A stretch of 64,000 bases of DNA from an uncultured Holophagales bacterium (GCA_963842525.1 CAWJGT010000019.1:1-64000); one strand, 5' to 3'; shown: positions 1 to 10,561, numbered from the stretch's first letter. Program-made: numbers and translations. The notes: generated from the letters alone by a model not told the origin.

Positions 1-320
1 AGCGTGGCCTTCAGCCCGGACGGAAAGACTCTCGCCAGCGGCTCCTACGACAAAACCGTCCGACTCTGGCAGGTCGACAGCGGCAGCGAAATCAGAGCCT
101 TGACGGGACACCAAAACGGGGTCAGGAGCGTGGCCTTCAGCCCGGACGGAAAGACTCTCGCCAGCGGCTCCGACGACAACACCGTCCGACTCTGGCAGGT
201 CGACAGCGGCAGCGAAATCAGAGCCTTGACGGGACACCAAAACGGGGTCTTGAGCGTGGCCTTCAGCCCGGACGGAAAGACTCTCGCCAGCGGCTCCGAC
301 GACAACACCGTCCGACTCTG
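1..320 (+). repeat. Near-identical 126-bp tandem repeats encoding WD40 blades
   Basis: agcgtggccttcagcccggacggaaagactctcgccagcggctcc recurs at 1, 127 and 253. Confidence 0.95.
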
Positions 321-573
321 GGACGTGGCGACCGGCCGGTGCCTGGCGGTTCTCCTTCCCCTTCCTGAAGGGTGGGTGGCGTTCTCTCCGGATGGCCGGT
401 ACAAGCTCGGCGGGGTGCCGGCCGGGGGGTTCTGGCACGCGATCAGCCTCTGCCGGTTCGAGCCCGGCGAGCTCGACGAGTGGATTCCCGGCCTGCGGCT
501 GGCGGACGAGGCGTCGTTCTTCGACCTGCCGGACTGGAAGCCGGAGGTGAGGTCGGCGCACCGGGCTTTGTAG
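1..573 (+). CDS. C-terminal part of a WD40-repeat protein (probably NACHT/NLR-like), 5'-truncated by the window edge
   Basis: Repeats SVAFSPDGKTLASGSxDxTVRLW...LTGH. The tail GWVAFSPDGRYK...FWHAISLCRFEPGELD is typical of bacterial NACHT-WD40 proteins. Confidence 0.9.
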   Translation, partial: SVAFSPDGKTLASGSYDKTVRLWQVDSGSEIRALTGHQNGVRSVAFSPDGKTLASGSDDNTVRLWQVDSGSEIRALTGHQNGVLSVAFSPDGKTLASGSDDNTVRLWDVATGRCLAVLLPLPEGWVAFSPDGRYKLGGVPAGGFWHAISLCRFEPGELDEWIPGLRLADEASFFDLPDWKPEVRSAHRAL

Positions 574-752
574 AGACGCACCACCGCGGTCAGGGCGTCT
601 CATGGCCCCCGCCACCACGAATGCCAGGGCCCCTCGCACGGGACCACAGCCGTCGCGTTACCTCTAGCGCCGCAAACCCGGTCCAACCCGCGGGGGTGCC
701 CCAACCTTATTTATATAGGCCCGCGGCGGCCGGGTCGCGGGATCGGCGTCGG

Positions 753-815
753 AAAAAAGCGGGGACCGGTGAAGGAGAAGGCACCCCTTCGAGGCGAGGA
801 AGCCGGTCCCCTACT
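753..815 (-). ncRNA. Putative sRNA 1 (~60 nt, hairpin plus U6 terminator)
   Basis: The minus strand reads GGGGACCGG-(CUUCCUC, inner hairpin, CCUUCUCCUUC)-CCGGUCCCC-GC-UUUUUU. An ECF-type promoter lies immediately upstream and there is no ORF for this hairpin to terminate. Confidence 0.5.
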
Positions 816-819
816 CTTA

Positions 820-846
820 TAGACACGGCTCTCTGCATTTGGGTTG
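820..846 (-). promoter_or_regulatory. ECF-type promoter CAAC-N18-GTCTA
   Basis: AAC at 845-843 and GTCTA at 824-820. Same spacing as the element at 6108-6135. Confidence 0.5.
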
Positions 847-868
847 AGACAAAGATCGTCTCTATCTA

Positions 869-896
869 TTGACTCTGCCGCCAATTAGCTTAGGAT
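869..896 (+). promoter_or_regulatory. Sigma70-type promoter of the S8 peptidase
   Basis: TTGACT-N16-TAGGAT in an AT-rich patch about 65 bp upstream of the ATG. Confidence 0.55.
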
Positions 897-959
897 CGAG
901 GATCTGAATCCTCGTATTTGTTGAGTCGGGATTTAATTTCTTCAGAAGGGGTGGTTTCC

Positions 960-3900
960 ATGTCATCATGGCTGTGTGGTCTCTCGCGCCGGCTGGCTCT
1001 GCCGGTGCTCCTGTCCCTGATGTGGGCTCAATGTTCCGGCGGCGGCCCAAGGCGCCCGAGCCCGGAATGGTGGAGACCTCGGCGGAGGCGGGTCCGGTCA
1101 AGGTCCTGGTCGAGCTGGCCGACGCTCCGGCGGCGGTTGTGTACGGCAACATGCTCCGCAACGCTCCGACGTCGCACGCGGCCGCGGTCGCCGCGGCGCG
1201 GAGCCAGATGCGGAAGATCGAGTCGGCGCAGCGCCGGTTCGAGAGCGCCCTCTCCTCCTTGCGCAGCCAGCCACAGGAGATCTTCCGGGTGAGCCGGGCG
1301 CTCAACGGCATGGCCTTCATCATGGATTCGGAGAGCTTGCGGGACCTCGCACGGCTGCCCGGCGTCAAGCGGATCCACCTCCTCGTCGACGAGTACCCGA
1401 CCAACGGGACGAGCGTGCCCTTCCTCGGCACGCCGAACCTCTGGGCCGACACGCTGGGCCTCGGCCTCAACGCGGACGGCACCGGGATCACGATCGGCAT
1501 CATCGACACCGGGATCGACTATCAGCACGCCGACTTCGGCGGCAACGGCGTCCTCGCCGACTATCAGGCGAACAACCGGACGGTCGCTCCGGACGCCTAT
1601 TTCCCGACCGCCAAGGTAGTGGGCGGACACGACTTTGCCGGCGACAACTACACCGGCGGCGTGCCGACGCCCGACCCCGATCCGATGGACTGCAACGGCC
1701 ACGGCTCGCACGTCGCCGGCACGGCGGCTGGCGTGGGGGTCAATGTGGACGGCACGCCGTACGCCGGCCCCTATACGCCGGCCGCGCCGCTCCGGGACCT
1801 GCGCATCGGCCCCGGCACGGCGCCCAGGGCGCTGCTCTACGCCCTGCGCGTCTTCGGCTGCGGCGGCGGCACGAACCTGACCGTGCCGGCGATCGACTGG
1901 GCGATCGACCCGAACAACGACGACGACTTTTCGGACCACCTGGACGTCATCAACATGTCGCTGGGCTCGCCCTTCGGCAGCGTGACGTCCGCTTCGGCGG
2001 TGGCGTCGGACAACGCCGTTCTCGCCGGGGTGATCGTGGTGACCTCGGCCGGCAACAACGGCGACACCTTCTTCATCTCGGGGGCGCCGGGCTCCGGCAG
2101 CCGGGTGATCGCGACGGCGGCCTCGGCCGACAACAACGTGGCCGGCCTGCTCGTCCGGGTCAACGTCCCGGGCGGCATCTCAGGCTTCTACAACGGCGGA
2201 CCGGCCCTGTTCGGTGCGATCCCGCCGATCGGCGGAGTGACCGGCAACGTCGTCATCGGCCTCGACCCGGCGGACGGCGCCGGCCCGCTGACCACGGACG
2301 CCTGCTCGCCCCTGACCAACGCCGGGGCGGTCGGCGGCAACATCGCCCTGGTCGACCGCGGCACCTGCGGCTTCGCCATCAAGGTGAAGAACGCCCAGGA
2401 CGCCGGAGCGATCGGCGTGATCGTGGCCAACAACGTCGCGGGCGTGCTCAACATGGTGGGCGTGGACCCGACGATCATCATCCCGGCGGTCAGCGTCAGC
2501 CTGGCGGACGGCAACACGTTCAAGGCCAACATCGCGACCCTCAATGCCACGCTCTTCCCGGCGTCGGACACGGTGGCCGCGTTCTCGTCCCGCGGCCCCC
2601 GCCGCGCCTCGTCGCCGGTGCGCCTGAAGCCGGACATCACGGCTCCGGGCCTCAACATCACCTCGGTGCAGACGGGGAACACCTGCACGGGCGTCGCCCC
2701 GTCGGCCGGCTGCCTGCTCGCCAATGCCACCGGGTTCATCCCCAACAGCCAGCCGCTGGGCCTCCAGGGGACCTCGATGGCCTCGCCGCACGTCGCAGGC
2801 ATCATGGCGCTGCTGCGCCAGCTCCATCCGACCTGGACGATCGAGGAGCTCAAGTCGCTGGCGATGAACTACGCCACCCACGACATCACCACCCAGACGG
2901 GCGGCAACGGGCTGCGGCACAACCCGAGCCGCATCGGCGCCGGCCGTGTCGACCCCTCGCAGTCGGCCGTCGGCCAGGTGATCGCCTTCAACGCCGACGA
3001 CGTCGGCCAGGTGAGCCTCGCCTTCGACACGGAGGTGTTGGGGCTGGTCACGCGGATCAAGAAGCTGCGCCTGGTCAACCAGGGCTCGACCGATCAGACC
3101 TATGACCTGGCGATCGACACCATCCTCGACGCTCCGGGCGTCTCCTTCTCCCTGCCGGGCGGGAGCTCCGTCGTCGTGCCGGCGGGCGACGCGGTGGAGA
3201 TCGACGTCCAGATGGACGCCGACGCCTCGCTGATGGACCACTTCCGGGATCCCATCCTCGCCACGGCCCAGGTGGTGGCGGCCCCAGGGTCCCTCGCCGG
3301 GCTGCTCATCCCCCGGCACTGGCTCACCGAAGAGTCGGGCTATGTGACGTTCAGCAGCGACGGCATCCTCGAGATGCGGGTGCCGGTCTATGTAGCGCCG
3401 CGGGCGGACTCCCTGATGGCCGCCGCCGATACGATCGTGACCGGCGGCGCGGGCTCGGGCTCGACGACGATCCCCCTCTCCGGCACCCACGTGTGCACCG
3501 GCACCCTCGGGGCCGGGCCGGCCTGCACCGGCACGTTCCCCAACGACGAGGTCTCCCTGGTCAGCCCCTTCGAGCTCCAGGTGGTCTCGCCGACCGACCC
3601 GGTGTTCGCTCCGCCCTACGCCGACCTCCAGTACGCGGGCGTGGCCGCGGACGCCAACCTGATCTGGTTCGGCGTTTCGACCTGGGCCGACTGGTCCTCG
3701 CCCATCGACACGTCGTTCAACATCTACGTCGACAACAACCTGGACGGGACCTACGACCGGATCATCTTCAACACGACGTCGGGCACCCTGGCGCGCGTCT
3801 TCTTCGGGCAGGGGGGCCAGTCCGACCTCGACACCTTCGTCGCCTCCGTCTTCACGCCGCCGAACCTCTTCTCGAACGTCATCGCGGCGGCGACCCCGAA

Positions 3901-5935
3901 CTTCGTCAACCGGTTGAGCGCGACAGCCATCGACAGCGCGCTGCACAACAACAACGTGATGTTCTTCGGCGCGACGCCGGCGCAGCTCGGCCTCGCCACG
4001 GTCAACACCCCCTTCCGGTACCGGATCGAGACCTGCCCCGGCTTCGCTCCCCTGTGCCAGACGTTCAACGGCTTCCACTTCGACGAGGCCGTGGGGCCCT
4101 TCGCCTGGAACGGCAGCGCCCGGGGCCTCGACTTCGGCGGCGGCACCCTGCTGGAGGACCTGAACGGCGACTCGATCCCGGTGACCTGGAACACCGCCAA
4201 CATGGCGACCAACGGCTCGCTGGGCGCGCTCCTGCTCCACCATCACAACGGAACAGGCAATCGGGCCGAGGTGGTGGTGCTCGAGGGAACGCCTACCTCC
4301 GACCTCGCGATCACCAAGTCGGTCGCGCCGCCGAACCCGGGCGTCGGCGACAACGTCACCTTCACCCTCACCGTGACCAACAACGGTCCGGCCGCGGCGG
4401 CCGGGATCGTGGTGGACGACTTCCTGCCGGCCGGCCTCACCTACGTCTCGGACAACGGCGGCGGCAGCTACGACCCGAACCTCGGCCTGTGGACGGTGGG
4501 CGCGCTCGCCAATGCAGCGAGCGCCAGCCTGCAGATCGTGGCGACGGTGGACACCAGCGACCCGATCGTCAACCACGCCACCATCACCGCGGGCACGCCG
4601 CTCGATACCGATCCGTCGGACAACGAGGCGAGCGTGGTCGTCTCGGCCCCGAACACGTCGGACCTGGCTCTCACGATGTCCGTGAGCGCCCCGACCGTGC
4701 TGGTCGGCGGCTCGGTCGACTACACCCTGACCGTCACCAACAACGGGGACGACCCGGCCTACAGCCTCGACGTGACCGAGGCGTTCCCCGCCTTCCCGGC
4801 CTTGAACCCCACGACCTTCACGGCCTCGCAGGGCGTCTACGACCCGGCGACCGGCCTGTGGAACCTGGCCAGCCTCGCCCCGGACGCCTCGGCGACGCTC
4901 CAGATCACGGTGACCGCGCCCAACACCGCCGGGCCGCTCACCAACGACGGGGCCGCGGCGTCCGGCGAAGCCGACCCCGACACGGCCAACAACACGGCGA
5001 GCGCCACGACCACCGTGCTCTCTCCGTCCACCGTCACCAGCGCGAAGAGCGTCACCGGGAGCTTCGTCGAAGGGGGCGCCATCACCTACACCGTGACGCT
5101 CAGCAACAGCAGCGCCTTCGACCAGCAGAACAACCCGGGCGACGAATTCACCGACGTCCTGCCGGCCCAGCTCACGCTGGTCGGCGCCTCGGCGACGAGC
5201 GGCACCGCGTCGACCGCCGGCAACACGGTGACCTGGAACGGGAGCGTCCCGGCGGGCGGGTCGGTGACCATCACGATCAACGCCACGGTCAACGCCGGCA
5301 CGGCCTTCCAGACCGTGACCAACACGGCCAGCTACAACCACGACCCGAACGGCGATGGCGTCAATGAGGATTCGGACACCACGAACTCCGCCAGCTTCGT
5401 CGTCCTCTCGCCGGGCGCAGTGGGCACGCGGACGAAGACCGTCACCGGTGACTTCCAGCCGGGCGGCGCCGTGACCTACACCGTCATCATCTCCAACCCG
5501 AGCCAGTCCATCCAGCAGGACAACCCGGGCGACGAGCTCACCGACGTCCTGCCGGCGCAGCTCGTGCTGGTGAGCGCATCCGCCTCCAGCGGCACGGCGG
5601 TGGCCAACGTCGGGACCAACACGGTGACCTGGAACGGGACCATCGCGGCCAACGGCGGCACGGTGACGATCACCATCAACGCCCTCATCGGTGACGGGAC
5701 CTACGGACAGACGATCTCCAACCAGGGCACCGTCCTCTTCGACGCGGACGGCAACGGCACCAACGAGTCTTCGGTCCTCACCGACGACCCGGCCGTCGGC
5801 GGCGCGGACGATCCGACGAGCTTCGTGGTGTCGGGCCTGATCGACATCCCGACCACCTCGGAGATCGGCCTCATGACCCTGATGCTCCTCCTGGCGGTTG
5901 CCTCCTTGCACTTCCTGCGCAAGATGGCCGCCTAG
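960..5935 (+). CDS. Secreted S8 (subtilisin-like) serine peptidase with PA domain, DUF11-like Ig repeats and IPTL-CTERM sorting signal; indel(s) near the 5' end
   Basis: Catalytic motifs IIDTGID, HGSHVAG and GTSMASP. PA domain IALVDRGTCGF. DLAITK/VTFTLTVTNNG repeats. C-terminal IPTTSEIGL-hydrophobic-RK. The signal-peptide-like MSSWLCGLSRRLALPVLLSL (ATG 960) is in a different frame from ORF 968..5935. Confidence 0.92.
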
Positions 5936-5955
5936 GACCCCACCCCAGGGACCTT

Positions 5956-5989
5956 CTCCTCTCCCGGCTTCAGCCCGCCGGGAGAGGAG
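5956..5989 (+). terminator. 13-bp stem-loop downstream of the peptidase
   Basis: ctcctctcccggc pairs with gccgggagaggag. Confidence 0.6.
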
Positions 5990-6031
5990 GCGGGATCGTC
6001 GAAGATTTGGAAATCCGGAAAAAGCGGAAGG

Positions 6032-6102
6032 AAAAAAGTAGGGGCCGGAGCGGGGACGCGGTCGCGCTCCCCTCCTGGCGCCTGTGCTCTCGGCCCCGTT
6101 GT
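6032..6102 (-). ncRNA. Putative sRNA 2 (~70 nt, hairpin plus U6 terminator)
   Basis: The minus strand reads GGGGCCGAGAGC...inner hairpin GGGGAGCGCGACCGCGUCCCC...GCUCCGGCCCC-UAC-UUUUUU, directly after an ECF-type promoter. It could also act as the tex terminator. Confidence 0.5.
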
Positions 6103-6106
6103 ACTG

Positions 6107-6135
6107 TTAGACGGACTCTTCTGAAAAATTGTTTA
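6107..6135 (-). promoter_or_regulatory. ECF-type promoter TAAAC-N17-CGTCTAA
   Basis: Matches the AAC...CGTC consensus of ECF promoters. AT-rich spacer. Confidence 0.55.
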
Positions 6136-6163
6136 GTGGGTCTCGAAAGTTGTGCGGCGGCCG

Positions 6164-6295
6164 AGCCCTCTCCCCCTGAGAGGGGGAACGCCGTGAGCGA
6201 CCCGTAGGAGGAGAGAATCGGCTGGGTGGTGGCGCCCCTCTCCCGCTCGGGGCGGCGGGATGGGGGACGCGCGGGGGAGGGGTCGGGGGAGGGGC
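6164..6295. repeat. CCCTCTCCC/GGGAGAGGG-type palindromic repeat pair
   Basis: 6235-6295 is nearly identical to 61954-62018 (cccctctcccgctcggggcgg...gcgcgggggaggggtc). Confidence 0.75.
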
Positions 6296-6298
6296 CGC

Positions 6299-8692
6299 TC
6301 AGCTCGGCCGGTTGAATTTCTTCATCAGATCCTCGATCGTGGCCGTCTGCTTGGACGGTTGCGGCTGCGGCTTCTCCATAGGCCTGGCTGCCGGGGCGGG
6401 CCTGGCCGGCTCGGGACGGCGCGCCCGCTCTGGACGATCGGGACGTTCCTGCCGGCCTTGCCTCTCCGGACGCCCCTGGGCGCTGCCGGCCGCGGGCGGC
6501 TGCTGGAGGGCCTTGATCGAGAGGCTGATCCGCTCGCGCTCGCGGTCCACCTCCAGGACCTTCACCTTGACGATCTGCCCCACCTGGACCGCCTCGCGGG
6601 GGTCGGCCACCCAGCGCCAGGTCAGCTCGGAGACGTGCACCAGGCCGTCGCGGTGGACGCCGACGTCCACGAAGGCGCCGAAGTTGGTGACGTTCGAGAC
6701 CCGCCCTTCGAGCACCATGCCGGGCAGGAGGTCGGCGACCGAGGTCACGTCCTGCCGCCATTCGGGGGTCTTGAACTCCGGGCGCGGATCGCGGCCCGGC
6801 CGCAGGAGCTCGGTGCGGATGTCTTCCAGGGTGAAGGCGCCAAGACCGTGCTCCTCGTCGGCGAAGCGGCCGAAGTCGAGCCGGGCGACGAGGTCGCGGT
6901 TGCCCACCAGGTCGGGGAGCGGCACGTCGAGGGCCTTCGCCATCTGCTGCACGACCGGGTAGCGCTCGGGGTGGACCCCGGTGGTATCGAGAGGGTTCTC
7001 GCTCCCGCGCACGCGAAGGAAGCCGGCGGCGAGCTCGAAGGTCTTGGGTCCGAAGCCGGTGACCTGGCGCAGGGCCTGGCGCGAGGGGAAGGCGCCCTTG
7101 GAGTCGCGGTGCTCCACCACGGCGCGGGCAAGCCGTTCCGACAGGCCCGAGACCCGCCGCAGCAGCGGCGCCGAGGCGGTGTTCAGCTCGACGCCCACCC
7201 GGTTGACCGCTCCTTCGACCGCCAGATCCAGCTCCTTTTCGAGCGACCGCTGGTCGACGTCGTGCTGGTACTGGCCGACGCCCATCGAGCGCGGCTCGAT
7301 CTTGACCAACTCGGCCAGCGGGTCCTGGAGCCGGCGGGCGATCGAGACCGCGCCGCGCAGCGAGACATCGAGCCCCGGCAGCTCCTCGCGCGCCACGCCC
7401 GAGGCCGAATAGACCGAGGCGCCGGTCTCGGGGACGATGGCGACGACGGCCTTCTGCAGCGTCTCCGACGGGGTCTCCTGCACCACCTTGCGGACGAAGG
7501 CCTCGGTCTCGCGGCCCGCCGTGCCGTTGCCGACGGCGATGGCGCGCACGCCGTGCCGCTCGGCCAGCTTGAGGATCGTGGCCGCGGCGCCGGCCTCGTT
7601 GGCGTGCGGCGGCACGGCGTGGATGACCTCGGTCGCGACGACCCGGCCGGTGCTGTCCACGACCGCCAGCTTGCAACCGGTGCGGAAGCCGGGGTCGAGC
7701 CCCATGACCGCCACCTGGCCGAGCGGCGCCTGGAGCAGCAGGGCCTCCAGGTTGGCGCGGAAGACGGCGATCGCCTGGGCCTCCGCGCGCTCGCGCATCT
7801 CGCCGCGCACCTCGTTGGTGATCGACGGGCGGAGCAGGCGCTTGTAGCTGTCCGCCGTGGCCTCGGCGAGCTGCCGGCCGCAGGGGGAGTCGAGCGGCGC
7901 GCCCCAGGAGCGTTCGAGGCGCTCGACCTCGCGGTCGTCGTCGACCTTCAGATCGGAGAGGAGGAAGCCCTCGCGCTCGCCGCGCAGGATGGCGAGCAGG
8001 CGGTGGGAGGGGATGTCCCGGCCCGGCTCGTCGTGCTCGAACCAGTCGCGGTAGACCGTCGCTTCGGGGTCGGTCTCCTTCCCGGGCACGACGCGGGAGC
8101 GGAGCACGCCCTCGCCGGCCAGGACACGGCGCAGATCGGCCCGCTGCTCGGCGTTCTCCGCCAGCCGCTCGGCCAGGATGTCGCGCGCTCCGGCAAGGGC
8201 CGCGGCGGCATCCTCCACGCCCTTTTCGGCGTCGATGAACGGCCGCGCCAGCTCCTCCGGCCGGTCGCTGCCGTGGGCGCCGGCGAGCAGGGCGTCGGCG
8301 AGCGGCTCGAGCCCCTTTTCGCGCGCGATCTGGGCGCGGGTGCGGCGCTTCGGCTTGTAGGGGAGGTAGAGGTCCTCCAGCTCCTGCTTGGTGACGGCGG
8401 CGCGGACCGCGGCTTCGAGCTCGTCCGTGAGCTTGCCCTGCTCGCGGATGCTCTCCAGGATGGCGTCGCGCCGTTCGGTCAGCTCCAGGAAGTACTCCCG
8501 CCGCTTGGCGAGGATCTCGAGCTGGAGGTCTTCGAGACCGCCGGTCGCCTCCTTGCGGTAGCGGGCCACGAACGGCACGGTCGCCCCTTCGGCGAACAGC
8601 TCGGCGGCGGCCTCGACCTGCCGGGTCCGGCAGCCCACCTCGGTGGCGATGATCTCGACGAAACGCGGCTCCAAAACGGCGGTCTTGCTCAT
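6299..8692 (-). CDS. tex: Tex/YhgF transcription accessory protein (YqgF-like, HhH and S1 domains)
   Basis: GATVPFVARYRKEATG, LEDLYLPYKPKRRT, GLDPGFRTGCK, GVGQYQHDV, and S1 motif NVTNFGAFVDVGV. Confidence 0.96.
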   Translation of the reverse strand: MSKTAVLEPRFVEIIATEVGCRTRQVEAAAELFAEGATVPFVARYRKEATGGLEDLQLEILAKRREYFLELTERRDAILESIREQGKLTDELEAAVRAAVTKQELEDLYLPYKPKRRTRAQIAREKGLEPLADALLAGAHGSDRPEELARPFIDAEKGVEDAAAALAGARDILAERLAENAEQRADLRRVLAGEGVLRSRVVPGKETDPEATVYRDWFEHDEPGRDIPSHRLLAILRGEREGFLLSDLKVDDDREVERLERSWGAPLDSPCGRQLAEATADSYKRLLRPSITNEVRGEMRERAEAQAIAVFRANLEALLLQAPLGQVAVMGLDPGFRTGCKLAVVDSTGRVVATEVIHAVPPHANEAGAAATILKLAERHGVRAIAVGNGTAGRETEAFVRKVVQETPSETLQKAVVAIVPETGASVYSASGVAREELPGLDVSLRGAVSIARRLQDPLAELVKIEPRSMGVGQYQHDVDQRSLEKELDLAVEGAVNRVGVELNTASAPLLRRVSGLSERLARAVVEHRDSKGAFPSRQALRQVTGFGPKTFELAAGFLRVRGSENPLDTTGVHPERYPVVQQMAKALDVPLPDLVGNRDLVARLDFGRFADEEHGLGAFTLEDIRTELLRPGRDPRPEFKTPEWRQDVTSVADLLPGMVLEGRVSNVTNFGAFVDVGVHRDGLVHVSELTWRWVADPREAVQVGQIVKVKVLEVDRERERISLSIKALQQPPAAGSAQGRPERQGRQERPDRPERARRPEPARPAPAARPMEKPQPQPSKQTATIEDLMKKFNRPS

Positions 8693-8730
8693 GGGGTCTC
8701 CTTCAGCGGCGGGAGGCCGTATCCTACCCT

Positions 8731-8756
8731 GGAACCTTTCGGTTGGACCGGCGTTA
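8731..8756 (+). promoter_or_regulatory. Probable autoregulated ECF promoter GGAAC-N16-CGTT
   Basis: ggaacctttcggttggaccggcgtta directly upstream of the ECF sigma gene. Confidence 0.6.
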
Positions 8757-8769
8757 TGGTGGGTTGGAG

Positions 8770-9375
8770 ATGATGATGAGCGGAGCCCGAGCGATCGAGC
8801 AGGAGCTGCCGGCGGACGCCGAGCTGATGGCACAGGTCCGGGCCGGGGACCGGGACGCGTTCGCCGACCTGGTCGAGCGCCACAAGGACGCGGTGGTCAA
8901 CTACCTCACGCGCCTGACCGGCAACCGAGACCGCGCCGAGGACCTGGCCCAGGAGACCTTCCTGCGCCTCTTCCGGTCGGCCGCCGGCTACACCGAGCAG
9001 GGATTCCTGCGCGCCTTCCTCTTCCGCATCGCCACCAACCTGGTGCGGTCGGAAGAGCGGCGCGAGAAGCGGCTGCGGCTGCTCCTGCCCTTCCTCGGCC
9101 GGCGCGACCACGACGAGCCGTCGGCCCCTTCGGGGCTGCTCCTCCAGGAGCTGCACCGGCAGGTGGCGGGGGCGGTCGCGAAGCTGCCGCTGCGCTACCG
9201 GGTGCCGCTCGTGCTCCACGAGATCGAGGGCTGGTCCTACGCGGACATCGCGCAGGAGCTGAGCTGCCGGGAAGGGACCATCAAGTCGCGCATCCATCGT
9301 GGACGCCAACACCTGAGGCAGACGCTCGAGCCCTATTGGAACGGAGGTATCGCAGCATGGAAGACCAGCGCATGA
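8770..9375 (+). CDS. ECF-subfamily RNA polymerase sigma factor
   Basis: Region 2 AEDLAQETFLRL...FLFRIATN and region 4 LHEIEGWSYADIAQEL...TIKSRIHRGR. Confidence 0.95.
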   Translation: MMMSGARAIEQELPADAELMAQVRAGDRDAFADLVERHKDAVVNYLTRLTGNRDRAEDLAQETFLRLFRSAAGYTEQGFLRAFLFRIATNLVRSEERREKRLRLLLPFLGRRDHDEPSAPSGLLLQELHRQVAGAVAKLPLRYRVPLVLHEIEGWSYADIAQELSCREGTIKSRIHRGRQHLRQTLEPYWNGGIAAWKTSA

Positions 9376-9785
9376 CCGATATGACCGAGCTCCTGCGGGA
9401 GCTGCCCCGCGAGCGCGCCCGGAGCGGCTTCACCGCCCGCGTCCTCGCCCGGCTCGATGGGATCGACGAGCCGCCGCAGGCACCGGTCCGACGGTGGCAT
9501 CCGCGGCTCGTTCCGGTGGCGCTCGCCGCGTCCCTGGCGCTCGTCGTCACCGCCGGAGTCGTGATCCAGGAGCAGCGCCAGGAGGCACAGGCGGAGGCGC
9601 TGCGGGCGGTGCAGGCGCTGCGCGCCGAGCACAGCCGGATCGAGCGCGAGCTCCAGGAGCTGTCCTCGGCCCCGCCGGTCTACTACCTCGGCGGCAACGA
9701 GGAGATGGATCTGATCGTGAACATGGGCGAGGTCCGGCCGGACCGTGGGCTGCAGCCCGCCACGTACCGTTACGACACGTTCTGA
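9357..9785 (+). CDS. Putative single-pass membrane anti-sigma factor
   Basis: Overlaps the sigma 3' end. GFTARVLARL motif, one TM helix, then a coiled coil. Confidence 0.75.
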   Translation: MEDQRMTDMTELLRELPRERARSGFTARVLARLDGIDEPPQAPVRRWHPRLVPVALAASLALVVTAGVVIQEQRQEAQAEALRAVQALRAEHSRIERELQELSSAPPVYYLGGNEEMDLIVNMGEVRPDRGLQPATYRYDTF

Positions 9786-9812
9786 ACCCGGGGTGTTGCC
9801 CCGTAGGAGGAG

Positions 9813-10561
9813 ATGATGGACAAGTCGAAGTGTGTTCGCATCCTGGCGGTCGCCGCGTCGCTGACCCTGGCCGGGTCGGCCGTCCAGGCGCAGACCTGGG
9901 TCGAGAAGGATGGCAAGGAAGAAGAAGGTCGAGAAGCACAGGATCGTGGTGGTCGACAAGGACGGCAAACAGCAGGTCTTCGAGGGCGGCGGCCTGCTGA
10001 GGCGCCGCGGCTTTCTCGGCGTGGGGCTCACCGACCTGACGCCCGAGCTTCCGCAGCCACTTCGGCGTGCCGGAGGGCGCCGGGGTGATGGTCTCCCACG
10101 TCGCGGAGGGGAGCCCGGCGGACAAGGCCGGGGTCAAGGTCGGCGACATCATTGCCCGCCTTGACGGCAAGGACCTCGAGTCGAGCTGGGACATACGGGC
10201 CCGGGTGCGGGAGTACAAGGACGGCGAGCAGGTGCCGCTCGAGGTCTGGCGCGACGGCAAGGCGCAGACGCTCAACCTGACGATCGCCGAGCGTGAGCGG
10301 CCGGAGATCGACATGGGGCCGCTCTTCATCCGGTCCGGGGAGGAGGGAGAGTCGTTCCAGATCCGCATCCCCGAGATGGGCGAAGGGCCGATGGCATGGA
10401 AGGTCGAACCAGGGGCGGGACCGGGGCCAGGGCCGAAGGGCGAGATGCCGCCCGGTACACGGATGTTCCGCATGCGCTCGCCGCGCGAAGCCGAGCTGGA
10501 GAAGAAGCTCGCGGAGCTGGAGAAGCGGCTGGCCGAGCTGGAAAAGAAGCTCAAGAAGTAG
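9813..10561 (+). CDS. Secreted PDZ-domain protein (split by two apparent indels)
   Basis: Signal peptide in 9813..; GFLGVGLTDLTPEL in the 9910 frame; GVMVSHVAEGSPADKAGVKVGDII in the 10067 frame. Confidence 0.85.

Noticed and set aside
2180-5911. Very long antisense or alternate-frame ORFs (e.g. 2180..5911, 40234..43869, 46522..49365)
   Set aside because: Shadow ORFs expected at high GC, overlapping well-supported genes and lacking motifs.
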